Of a stretch of DNA of 20,000 nucleotides, positions 1 through 8,867 are shown in pieces. The stretch is from an uncultured virus (IMG/VR IMGVR_UViG_3300003690_002543) (Duplodnaviria; Heunggongvirae; Uroviricota; Caudoviricetes), in the IMG/VR virus record IMGVR_UViG_3300003690_002543. One strand, written 5' to 3'. The notes below the pieces were generated by a model. The model searched no databases, was not told the DNA's origin, and was given only the letters and a program-made list of their open reading frames with translations. A program made the position numbers and the translations under genes. Position 1 is the stretch's first letter. Each line of letters opens with the position of its first letter.

Positions 1-58
1 GTAAGGAATCTTTAAAGAAAAAACCTACATATAAGAAAAAGAAGGTAAAAAGTAGGTA

Positions 59-1018
59 ATGTCAGCATTTCCCCAAATCCCGATAGATGGACAAACAGCT
101 AGTATAGGTTCTAAAACTTGGACCTATGTGTCTGCATATAATGTGTGGGATAAGGTTGGCTCAGAAGGTTCAACAGGTGCTACAGGTGCTACAGGTCCTG
201 CTGGAGCCACAGGTGCAACTGGTGCAACAGGTGCTACAGGTCCTGCTGGAGCCACAGGCGCTACTGGCGCTACTGGGGCTACTGGAGCAACAGGATTACC
301 TCCGGGTGTACCATACCTACCATTGTCTGGTATATTTGATACTGTAAATGCGGCTGGTGAAATGAAAATTACTTCTACACTCATTGAAGTATATAAAACC
401 GATAGTACAGGCACAGATTTAAGTGATTATTTTAATAACGTAACACGGGGTCGTCTTCATGTTGTACAGGAAGAGGCTTCAGAAAAATTCATTTTGTTTG
501 ACTATACTTCCGCACCATTGTCTTCCGGTAAATATTCATTTGCAGGAACAATTGGAGCATCAAATGGACTAGGTGGTTCGTCTCCATATTTTGGAGGTAA
601 AGCGTCTAGAATATTTTATGTGAATGATGGTGCTACAGGCGCTACAGGCGCTGCTGGAGCTACAGGGCCTACAGGACCAGATATAGATACCTTTGGTGTT
701 GTTGTTGATGGTGCAGGATCTATTGTTACTACAGGAAGTAAAGGATTTAGGTATATTCCATATGATTGTACTGTAAAGAAACTTGTTCTTGTTGGTAATA
801 CGACAGGGACTGCTTCTTTTAGTATACACCGAGATAGTAATTATGATACATTTGGTATCACTATAGGTGGGTTTAGTTTAAGTCATGGTATGACTGGTGT
901 TACTTCACCGGGGATTACTTTTGGTTTAACTGCAAATGATATGATTGAATTTAAGATTACGGGTTCACCTGAAAGTATTTCGAGAGTTGCATTATTTGTT
1001 GAGATAGAGAAGAGTTAA
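59..1018 (+). CDS. Collagen-like (Gly-X-Thr) phage fibre/virion protein, 319 aa
   Basis: N-terminal FP..DGQT..GSKTWTY..VW motif of the kind seen in phage fibre proteins; two GXT runs around a globular domain; C-terminal beta-rich domain (VVDGAGSIVTTGSKG..IPYDCTV). Its stop overlaps the next start (TAATG, 1016-1020). Confidence 0.75.
   Translation: MSAFPQIPIDGQTASIGSKTWTYVSAYNVWDKVGSEGSTGATGATGPAGATGATGATGATGPAGATGATGATGATGATGLPPGVPYLPLSGIFDTVNAAGEMKITSTLIEVYKTDSTGTDLSDYFNNVTRGRLHVVQEEASEKFILFDYTSAPLSSGKYSFAGTIGASNGLGGSSPYFGGKASRIFYVNDGATGATGAAGATGPTGPDIDTFGVVVDGAGSIVTTGSKGFRYIPYDCTVKKLVLVGNTTGTASFSIHRDSNYDTFGITIGGFSLSHGMTGVTSPGITFGLTANDMIEFKITGSPESISRVALFVEIEKS
158..301 (+). repeat. Collagen-like coding repeat, 16 G-X-Y triplets (mostly GAT/GPA)
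   Basis: 9-nt periodicity; exact 32-nt direct repeat acaggtgctacaggtcctgctggagccacagg at 182-213 and 227-258. Confidence 0.9.
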
Positions 1019-2142
1019 TGGCATTTACAGAAAGATATCTGAATTATGATCTTGCTTCAGGAGCAAATGATGGTACGTCTGAAGCAGATGCATGGCAAAC
1101 GTGGACTGATGCTATATCTGGCGCTGCTGCTGGGGACAGAGTAAATGTAAAAAGAACCTCCTCTCGAATAGCATCTGGAGATGTTCAATGGAATGTGAGT
1201 GGTACAGCAGTTGCTCCTATTCATATTCGTGCATATGAAACCACTATTGGTGATGGGGGAATGTTTGAACAGAATAATAGATTTAGATGTACTGGAGAAA
1301 ATGTTCTTGTTGAAGGTATTGACATTTCTAGTGGGAATACATTGTTGCTTTGGATAACAGGAGATATGTGTTGTGCGTATAGATGTAAAGTAGTATCTAC
1401 ATCATCAGCCGGAGCTATTGCAACAGCGTCTGATGCGGTTTTCGTCAATTGTTACATAAAAGCGCCAATAGCTACGAATTATGTTGTTCAGGTTTGGCGA
1501 GGTAGTTTGGTTGGATGTTACATTGAGGTGGCAGCGGGAGCCGTATCGTCGGGGGGCCGTGCAGTTAAGGTAGACGTTAATTCCGCTACGAATAATGTGA
1601 TTGGGTGTATTGTAAAAGGAAACGGAGACGCCGACCTGATTGGACTTGCGTACCAGAATGACCATCGACTACAGGGAGGAGTTTGCATAAACAACACGAT
1701 TGAAAACTGTGGGATCAGCGTCCAGATGGAGAAAGGTACTGCCACAGGCCGGTACAACGTCGTCATCTTTCAAAACAACATCATCTACAACTGCGTAAAA
1801 GCCTTCGAGAACCTCCAAGGAACCAACGTCACAACGCTTGGTTACTTCCTCAACAACAACGCAACGGGGGCCGTAACTGGAACCGCCTACACCAACATGG
1901 GAGATTTTAATTTTAATAAAATTACACTAACAGCAGATCCATTTGTAGATACTACTAATTATGAATTAAATGATTCTTCTGGTGGTGGTGCTCTATGCAA
2001 ATTTTTGGGAGCTATTCCGAACCAAGTAGATCCCTCTTTAGCTGGACCAACATTTGCCTATGACAGGGCAACAGGAAGAATTAATTTTACATCAATTGGT
2101 GGGGTTCAACCTAAAGGTGCAGAATCATCACATGTTTTCTAG
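1018..2142 (+). CDS. Right-handed parallel beta-helix (pectin-lyase-like) protein, putative tailspike/receptor-binding protein, 374 aa
   Basis: N-terminal GANDGTSEADAWQT..A...AAAGDRVNVK and GT..API.I motifs typical of beta-helix proteins; Asn/Cys ladders (FVNCYI, VGCYI, IGCIV, NNTIENC, NNIIYNC); C-terminal DPFVD motif. Confidence 0.7.
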   Translation: MAFTERYLNYDLASGANDGTSEADAWQTWTDAISGAAAGDRVNVKRTSSRIASGDVQWNVSGTAVAPIHIRAYETTIGDGGMFEQNNRFRCTGENVLVEGIDISSGNTLLLWITGDMCCAYRCKVVSTSSAGAIATASDAVFVNCYIKAPIATNYVVQVWRGSLVGCYIEVAAGAVSSGGRAVKVDVNSATNNVIGCIVKGNGDADLIGLAYQNDHRLQGGVCINNTIENCGISVQMEKGTATGRYNVVIFQNNIIYNCVKAFENLQGTNVTTLGYFLNNNATGAVTGTAYTNMGDFNFNKITLTADPFVDTTNYELNDSSGGGALCKFLGAIPNQVDPSLAGPTFAYDRATGRINFTSIGGVQPKGAESSHVF

Positions 2143-2155
2143 AAAGGAAAAATAA

Positions 2156-2476
2156 ATGGCAATTACAGATCCCGAAGCAATAGCTTTTGTAAACGAATAT
2201 ATTCGTCCAATGTGTGAAACTCTTCGTTATATGAATGCGCGTGGAGCAGATTGGGCAACAAAGTGGGCAGAACTTTCATCGAAGTTTTCTGATGATACTT
2301 CGGCTGTGGAAGATGGAAGAGAAGGGGAAGGCATTAGTCGTTTGACTGGTGCAGATATTAACGCAGTTTCAACAGTATTTGGAACACTTCTTACTATTAT
2401 GGATACATCGGCACAGACAGCAATAGCAAAACCATGTGTTCGTCCATTGCTCTATTCTAATATTCCAACGTCTTAA
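2156..2476 (+). CDS. Hypothetical helical phage protein, 106 aa
   Basis: AAGGA Shine-Dalgarno upstream of ATG 2156; directly follows the beta-helix gene; function not recognised. Confidence 0.7.
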   Translation: MAITDPEAIAFVNEYIRPMCETLRYMNARGADWATKWAELSSKFSDDTSAVEDGREGEGISRLTGADINAVSTVFGTLLTIMDTSAQTAIAKPCVRPLLYSNIPTS

Positions 2477-2478
2477 TC

Positions 2479-2506
2479 TTGACAATAAGAGAATATAGTT
2501 TATAAT
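2479..2506 (+). promoter_or_regulatory. Sigma70-type (early) promoter
   Basis: TTGACA (2479-2484), 16-nt spacer, TATAAT (2501-2506). Both hexamers match consensus exactly and sit in the intergenic gap before the replication cassette. Confidence 0.8.
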
Positions 2507-2531
2507 GTATTTTGATCTGAGGAGTATATTA

Positions 2532-3107
2532 ATGAGCAATAAAGAATGGAATTTTGGTGAATATTATGAACCTTCTTCATTGGGGGTTTATAAACTTTAC
2601 AATAGTGTTCAACGACCTATGTGGGCGACTGAAGATTCAGCTTGCTTTGATCTTCATGCTCATTTTGAGCCAGGAAAGTCAGTAAAGATTTTCTCCCTAA
2701 CAAATGATGAAAGAGAAACATTACCCTCCATAACTTCCAGCACCACAACCGAAGAAAATATTAGTGAATTGATTCTTCCCATTGGTTCTCGTACATTGAT
2801 TCCCACAGGATTAATTTTTGATATACCAAAAGGATATTCTGTTAGAATTCATCCTCGTTCAGGTCTTTCCTTAAAAAAAGGATTGACTTTGATAAATGCA
2901 GAAGGAATAATAGACTCAGATTATGTGGAAGAAATTTTTATTCCTGTACATAATTCTAGTCATCAAACAGTAAAAATAGTTCATGGTGAAAGAATAGCGC
3001 AAGCAGAACTAATTCGTTCGCTTTCATATGAAGTAGTAGAAATTGCACAAAGACCCGAACAAAAAACTAACCGCGATGGTGGATTAGGAAGTACAGGAGT
3101 AAAATGA
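2532..3107 (+). CDS. dut: Trimeric dUTPase, 191 aa
   Basis: Five motifs: SACFD, RSG, GIIDSDY, GERIAQ, RDGGLGSTG. Start moved from 2505 to ATG 2532 because AGGAG lies at 2520-2524 and 2505 overlaps the -10 box. Confidence 0.93.
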   Translation: MSNKEWNFGEYYEPSSLGVYKLYNSVQRPMWATEDSACFDLHAHFEPGKSVKIFSLTNDERETLPSITSSTTTEENISELILPIGSRTLIPTGLIFDIPKGYSVRIHPRSGLSLKKGLTLINAEGIIDSDYVEEIFIPVHNSSHQTVKIVHGERIAQAELIRSLSYEVVEIAQRPEQKTNRDGGLGSTGVK

Positions 3108-3532
3108 TGAAACGTGACGACTTATTAAAATTTCATGAACAAGTATGTAAAGATGCAAAAGAATTAATGAATTTAAAAAATAGGGACTATGCGGGTAGTG
3201 ATGGCATAGAACCTTTTGCAAATTTTACAAGGTGTGAAGCAATGGGTATATGTGCTACTGAAGCTGGATTTATGGTACGGGTAACAGATAAGATGAGTCG
3301 GTTGAGTTCTTTTCTTCGTGCAGGTAAAATGCATGTTGAAGATGAAAGTTTTTATGATACAATTGTAGATGTGATTAATTACATGGTTCTTCTTGGCGCA
3401 TATGTTAAAGATAAGGATATTGATGTTATTCCTATTAAACCAAAAGAATTGATGCAAGAGGAATTTACAGCTTCATTTAATTTTAATAATGATAATACCG
3501 AACAAAAATATTGTGCTCATCATTCTGTTTGA
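3107..3532 (+). CDS. DUF1599 / nucleotide-modification-associated domain 1 (Nmad1)-like all-alpha protein
   Basis: Pattern KNRDY..PFANF..R..DK.SR..ES..DT..D.INY. AGGAG at 3095-3099 favours ATG 3107 over ATG 3104. Confidence 0.65.
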   Translation: MKRDDLLKFHEQVCKDAKELMNLKNRDYAGSDGIEPFANFTRCEAMGICATEAGFMVRVTDKMSRLSSFLRAGKMHVEDESFYDTIVDVINYMVLLGAYVKDKDIDVIPIKPKELMQEEFTASFNFNNDNTEQKYCAHHSV

Positions 3533-3534
3533 AT

Positions 3535-5992
3535 ATGAATTTTTATACTAATGTTTCGCTTGTTGGAGACAGTATTCTCTATCGAGCAATTGAAGATGGA
3601 GTTTCTGTTGAACGAGTAGAGAAATATAATCCTACTCTTTTTATTCCATCTAATAAAGAGACTAAATATAAAACTCTTGATGACAGGTTTGTAGAATCAA
3701 TTAAACCGGGTTTAATATCCGAGTGTAGAGATTTTATTAAACAATATCGGGGAATGCCTAGTTTTAGGGTTTATGGTAATACAGATTATGTTTATCAATA
3801 TATTGGAGATAAATTTCCTGATGAAGTAGAATATGATATGAGTCAAATTTCAATTGCTCATATTGATATTGAAACCAAAGCAGAGAATGGATTTCCTCAA
3901 GTGTGATTTTCATATTGATGGGGTGATGTGCAACTCCTTTGAAGAGGAAGAAGATCTTCTTCGAGAATTTTTAAACATTTGGAGAAAAGAAGCTCCACAT
4001 ATTGTAACTGGATGGAATGTTAAGTTTTTTGATATTCCCTATCTTATTCAGAGAATGAATAAAATTCTAGGACCTGTAGACACCCAATACCTTTCCCCAT
4101 GGAAAAAGATTCGAGAGAAGTTTATAGAACGATCAAGCAAGAAATATAGAACATTCCAGATTCTTGGTGTCTCTATTTTAGATTATTTAGATTTGTATCG
4201 TACATTCACATATACGAATCAGGAATCATATAGATTAGATCATATTGCATTTGTTGAATTGGGTGAGAAAAAATTAGATTATAGCGAATATGAAACCATA
4301 AAAGATTTTTATAGAAATGATTTTCAGAAATTCATGGAGTATAATGTTCGAGATGTAGATCTTATTATAATGCTCGAAGAGAAAATGAAACTTTTGGAGT
4401 TGGCTCTTGCTCTTGCATATTCTGCTAAAGTAAATTATGAGGATGTGTTCTCTCAAGTACGTACATGGGATCAAATCATATATCATCATCTCCGCAAACA
4501 AAATATAGTTATACCCCCCAAGAGAGGAGGGAAGAAAGATGAACAATATGCTGGAGCATATGTCAAAGAACCAATAACAGGGATGCATGATTGGGTGGTG
4601 TCTTTTGATTTGAATAGTTTGTATCCCCATTTGATAATGCAATACAACATTAGTCCTGAAACCAAAATTAATATTTCTGATGAGGACAGGTTTGGCATTG
4701 GGCCTAATAACATTCTTGCAGATTCGGGTGATTCTTATAGTAAGGATTGTTACGAAAATTTAAATAAACTGAAGTCTAAAGGATATTCTGTTGCTGCAAA
4801 CGGAACATGTTATACAAAAGAACATCAAGGATTTCTTCCTGCTCTTATGGAAAAACTTTATAAAGAGCGTAGAGTGTATAAAAAGAAAATGCTTGATTGT
4901 CAGAAGAGGCAACAAAAGGGAGAAGCAAATTTAGATAATGAGATTACAAAATATCACAACTTTCAGTTGGTACGTAAAATTCAATTAAACTCTGCTTATG
5001 GTGCAATCGGAAATCAATATTTCCGTTATTATTCTACAGACCTGGCTGAAGCGGTTACATATTCTGGGCAATTGAGTATTCGGTGGATAGCAAATAAATT
5101 AAATGAATTTTTAAATGAAACGATAGGAACAAATGATTATGATTATGTGGTTGCATCTGATACTGACTCTGTTTATCTTAGGCTCGGTAGTTTGGTTGAT
5201 AAATTTTTACCACAATGTGATGACAAGAATAAAATAATTAATTTTCTGAACAAAAGTTCAGAAGAAATTATCCAACCATTTGTTGATGAAAAATATTCAG
5301 AACTTGCAGAATTAATGAGTGCTTATTCTAATAGGATGCAGATGGGTCGTGAAGTTATTGCAGAACGGGGTATTTGGACAGCAAAGAAACGATATGCACT
5401 TAATGTGTGGGATACGGAAGGAGTTCGTTATAAAACACCCAAACTCAAAATTATGGGGATTGAAACTACTAGAAGTTCAACTCCGGCAGTAGTTCGACAA
5501 CAACTTAAAGAAGTAATTTTTCTTATTCTTACTACTGATGAAAAAACAATTCAGGAATTTGTTAAGAATTTTAAGGAAGAATTCTTTGAATGTGAGCCAG
5601 AAGATATTGCATTTCCGAGAGGTGTATCAGATCTAGAAAAATATGCGTCATCATCAGATATTTACGGTAAAGGAACACCAATTGCGGTAAAGGGATCTCT
5701 AATTTATAATTATTTTGTTAAGAAGAATAAATTAGAGAATAAATATGAGAAGATTCAGCAAGGAGATAAAATTAAATTTATTTACCTCAAGGAACCAAAT
5801 CCAATTGGTGGGGGTCGAGGAGATAAAGTAATATCTTTTCCAACAAAAATACCGAGAGAACTTGACTTGCATAGGTTTATTGATTATGATAAGCAGTTTA
5901 TTAAGAGTTTTCTTGATCCTCTCGAAACAATTTTGAATGTAATTGGGTGGAAATCAAAAGTAGAGGTAACATTGGAGGGGTTGTTTATATGA
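3535..5992 (+). CDS. 43: T4-like family B DNA polymerase (gp43), frameshifted at ~3902 in this sequence
   Basis: N-part 3535-3906 (MNFYTNV..., ExoI DIET, ends GFPQV-TGA). C-part in the +1 frame from ~3905: ExoII VTGWNVKFFDIPYL, ExoIII YNVRD, SFDLNSLYPH, KIQLNSAYG, ASDTDS, and a C-terminal clamp-binding-like TLEGLF. Confidence 0.93.
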
Positions 5993-6180
5993 AAATAGAA
6001 CTTGAATATAAATATTTAAATTTTATAAAAACTTTATTAGTAGAAAAACATAATGAAGCTGAAATTAAATTAAAAGATGCTATGACAGATTCGAAAACGC
6101 CACTGACAGAAATAGATCGGTTAATAGAAAAGAAAAGTGAGATATTAAAAGTTTCACAAATTTTGAAACAATATAATTAG
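5989..6180 (+). CDS. Small hypothetical helical protein, 63 aa
   Basis: ATGA overlap with the polymerase stop; GGAGG at 5974-5978; start reassigned from 5947. Confidence 0.65.
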   Translation: MKIELEYKYLNFIKTLLVEKHNEAEIKLKDAMTDSKTPLTEIDRLIEKKSEILKVSQILKQYN

Positions 6181-6187
6181 GGAAAAT

Positions 6188-7225
6188 ATGAATAATTTTT
6201 TAAATGATTTTGTAAAAGAATCTGGAAACGAATATGCGAATATTGTCCATGATGGATTGGAGGGATCTGATATTACTGGGTTCGTTGATACTGGATCTTA
6301 TGCTTTTAATGCTTTGCTTTCTGGTACTCTTTGGGGAGGAATTCCTAATAACAAAATTATCGCGCTCGCAGGGGAATCCGCGACTGGAAAGACATATTTC
6401 ACGTTGGGGATCGTATATAAGTTTCTTCTTGACAATAATGATGGTGTGGTTCTGTATTTCGATACTGAGCAGGCAGTGACATCAGATATGTTTTCTGATC
6501 GTGGTATTGATTCAACTCGGGTTGCAGTTTTTCCTATTGCAACCGTAGAAGAATTTAGATATCAAGTAATTAAGATTGTTGATAAGTATCTTGAACTTCC
6601 TAAGAATGAAAGAAAACCTATGTTAATTTGTCTTGACTCACTTGGAATGTTGAGTACCAATAAGGAAGTTGCTGATACCGCAGAAGGTAAGGGTACTCGT
6701 GACATGACACGAGCACAGATGGTAAAGTCTACATTTCGTGTGCTCACATTGAAATTGGGGAAAGCAGCAATTCCTTTGATTCTTACAAATCATACTTATG
6801 ATGTTATGGGTGCATATGTACCTATGAAGGAAATGGGAGGTGGTTCTGGATTAAAATATGCTGCATCTACTATTGTTTATCTCTCAAAGAAGAAAGTAAA
6901 AGAAGGAACAGATGTTATTGGTAATATCATACATTGCAAATTATATAAAAGTCGTTTTACAAAAGAAAATTCGATGGTAGATGTAATGCTCAATTATGAT
7001 GAGGGGTTAAATCCGTATTATGGTCTTGTGGATTTGGCTATCAAATATGAAATATTTAATAAGATTTCTACTCGCATTGAGCTTCCAGACGGAACAAAAA
7101 TTTATGAGAAGCAATTATATAAAGACCCTGAAAAATATTTTACAGAAGATATCATGAAACAACTTGAAAAAGCAGCCGCAAAAGAATTTAAATATGGTAA
7201 TATGGGAACCCAAGAAGATGAATGA
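6188..7225 (+). CDS. uvsX: RecA-like recombinase UvsX, 345 aa
   Basis: Walker [50 protein letters not shown]; follows gp43 as in T4-like phages. Confidence 0.95.
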   Translation: MNNFLNDFVKESGNEYANIVHDGLEGSDITGFVDTGSYAFNALLSGTLWGGIPNNKIIALAGESATGKTYFTLGIVYKFLLDNNDGVVLYFDTEQAVTSDMFSDRGIDSTRVAVFPIATVEEFRYQVIKIVDKYLELPKNERKPMLICLDSLGMLSTNKEVADTAEGKGTRDMTRAQMVKSTFRVLTLKLGKAAIPLILTNHTYDVMGAYVPMKEMGGGSGLKYAASTIVYLSKKKVKEGTDVIGNIIHCKLYKSRFTKENSMVDVMLNYDEGLNPYYGLVDLAIKYEIFNKISTRIELPDGTKIYEKQLYKDPEKYFTEDIMKQLEKAAAKEFKYGNMGTQEDE

Positions 7226-7556
7226 AATACCCAAGTATCGATACGTTGATGAAATTACAGAAGGAAATGTTCCAATTGAAATTATGGATGGTAAATATAA
7301 GGGACTTATGTTAAGATATAATCATGTTATTCTTACCGAGAAAAACGAAGAGCTTCGTTTTGATTATGATTATGAAATTATAAAAAATCCAGATGAAGTA
7401 GAAATGAATCAAGAATTAAAGGATATTTTTACTTCAATTTTAGTTTCTGTTTTAGATGAACAAATTTATGATATGCCAGCTGATTTAGATTTACTGAAAG
7501 AAGGTAATGGTGAAAAACGTCGAGAGGGTAATACTTCAAAATCTGATATACAATGA
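7218..7556 (+). CDS. Hypothetical protein in the T4 gp40 position (between uvsX and 41), 112 aa
   Basis: ATG 7218 overlaps the end of uvsX. The gp40 link is from synteny only. Confidence 0.6.
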   Translation: MNEIPKYRYVDEITEGNVPIEIMDGKYKGLMLRYNHVILTEKNEELRFDYDYEIIKNPDEVEMNQELKDIFTSILVSVLDEQIYDMPADLDLLKEGNGEKRREGNTSKSDIQ

Positions 7557-8867
7557 AGAGTTCTCACGAAGAGTTACTCCATTCTTAAAAAGTGAATATT
7601 TTCATGATCCAGTAGAACGTATGGTTTTTAGTTCTATTCAAGAATTTATTATGAAATACAATGCACTTCCTACCAAGGAAGCTATTGTTATTGATTTAAA
7701 TAAGAATACTAACATCAATGAAGAACAGTTTAAACATCTTGGACAATTGATGGAAGATCTTTCTTCAGAAAATGTTCCTGAATTATTATGGCTCATAAAT
7801 GAAACAGAAGATTTTTGTAAAGATAAAGCGATTTATAATGTAATGCTATTCCAGAAATACTCTCTGATGCACTCGCAGTTTCTTTTGATGTCCATATTGG
7901 ACATGATTATCTTGAAGATGCAGATGAAAGATATGAATTTTATCATAGACTAGAAAAGAAAATTCCTTTTGATCTTGAATATCTTAATACAATTACTGGG
8001 GGTGGTACTCCTTCAAAAACTCTTAATATTGTCATGGCTGGGACAGGTGTTGGTAAATCTTTATTTTTGTGTCATCATGCAGCAAATTGTTTATCACAAA
8101 ATAATAATGTTCTTTATATTACATGTGAAATGGCAGAAGAAAGAATTGCAGAAAGAATTGATGCAAATTTATTTGATTTAACAATTGATTCTGTACAAGA
8201 TCTTCCTCATTTATTGTATAAGAAAAAATTGGATAATTTAAAATCAAAACTCAAGGGTAAATTAATTATAAAGGAATATCCTACAGCAACAGCAAATGCG
8301 AATCATTTTCGTGCTCTTCTTGATGAGCTTTGGATGAAAAAGAAATTTAAACCAGATATTATCTTTATTGATTATTTAAATATTTGTGCCTCTGCTCGCC
8401 TCAAGAGTGGAAATAATGTAAATTCATATACTTATATTAAAGCAATTGCAGAGGAATTGCGTGGTATGGCAGTAGAAAGAAATGTACCAATTTTTTCTGC
8501 AACGCAAGTAAATCGTGGTGGTTTTAATAATACTGATGTTGGTCTGGAAGATACAGCAGAATCTTTTGGACTTCCTGCAACTGCTGATTTTATGATTGCT
8601 CTTATAACTACTGAAGAATTAGAGGAACTTAATCAAATTATGATAAAGCAACTCAAAAATCGGTATAATGATGTTGCATCTAATAAAAAGTTTATTCTTG
8701 GAATTAATAGAGGAAAGATGAAATTGTATGATGTGGAAAAAAATGCACAGGGTGGGATATTTCAGTCCAACCAAACAGAAGAAACAAGAGCTGGATCTGG
8801 GTTGGATGGACGTAACTTCGATGAAAAGTTTTCTTCAAAACCAACTTTTGAAAACTGGAATATCTGA
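7507..8867 (+). CDS. 41: T4-like replicative DnaB-family helicase (gp41), frameshifted at ~7840 in this sequence
   Basis: N-part 7507-7839 ([21 protein letters not shown]). The -1 frame opens at 7839 and reads NAIPEILSDALAVSFDVHIGHDY..KTLNIVMAGTGVGKS (Walker A), then IFIDYL, SATQVNR, ESFGLPATAD, KQLKNRY. Confidence 0.93.

Noticed and set aside
25..32. CTACATAT as a late-promoter variant before ORF 59
   Set aside because: The position is plausible, but it deviates from the TAAATA core and has no other support.
1741..1900. AAC-rich stretch as a DGR template repeat
   Set aside because: No matching variable repeat or reverse transcriptase is in the window, and all amino acids shift to C-ending codons, which fits a foreign patch better.
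3898..3910. Stop-codon recoding or readthrough of the TGA in gp43
   Set aside because: The conserved sequence continues in a different frame, and TAA, TAG and TGA all end ordinary genes in this window.
3535..5992. Naturally split two-subunit gp43 (gp43A/gp43B type)
   Set aside because: Known splits lie much further downstream, in the polymerase part. This break falls between ExoI and ExoII, and the second part has no convincing start with a Shine-Dalgarno.
6007..6014. TATAAATA upstream of uvsX
   Set aside because: It lies inside a coding region in very AT-rich sequence; it could be functional but cannot be told from chance.
3535..8867. Intron, intein or gene-60-type ribosomal bypass explaining the split gp43 and gp41
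   Set aside because: Those mechanisms add intervening sequence, whereas here conserved sequence is missing. No homing endonuclease, intein motif or slippery heptamer is visible at either junction.
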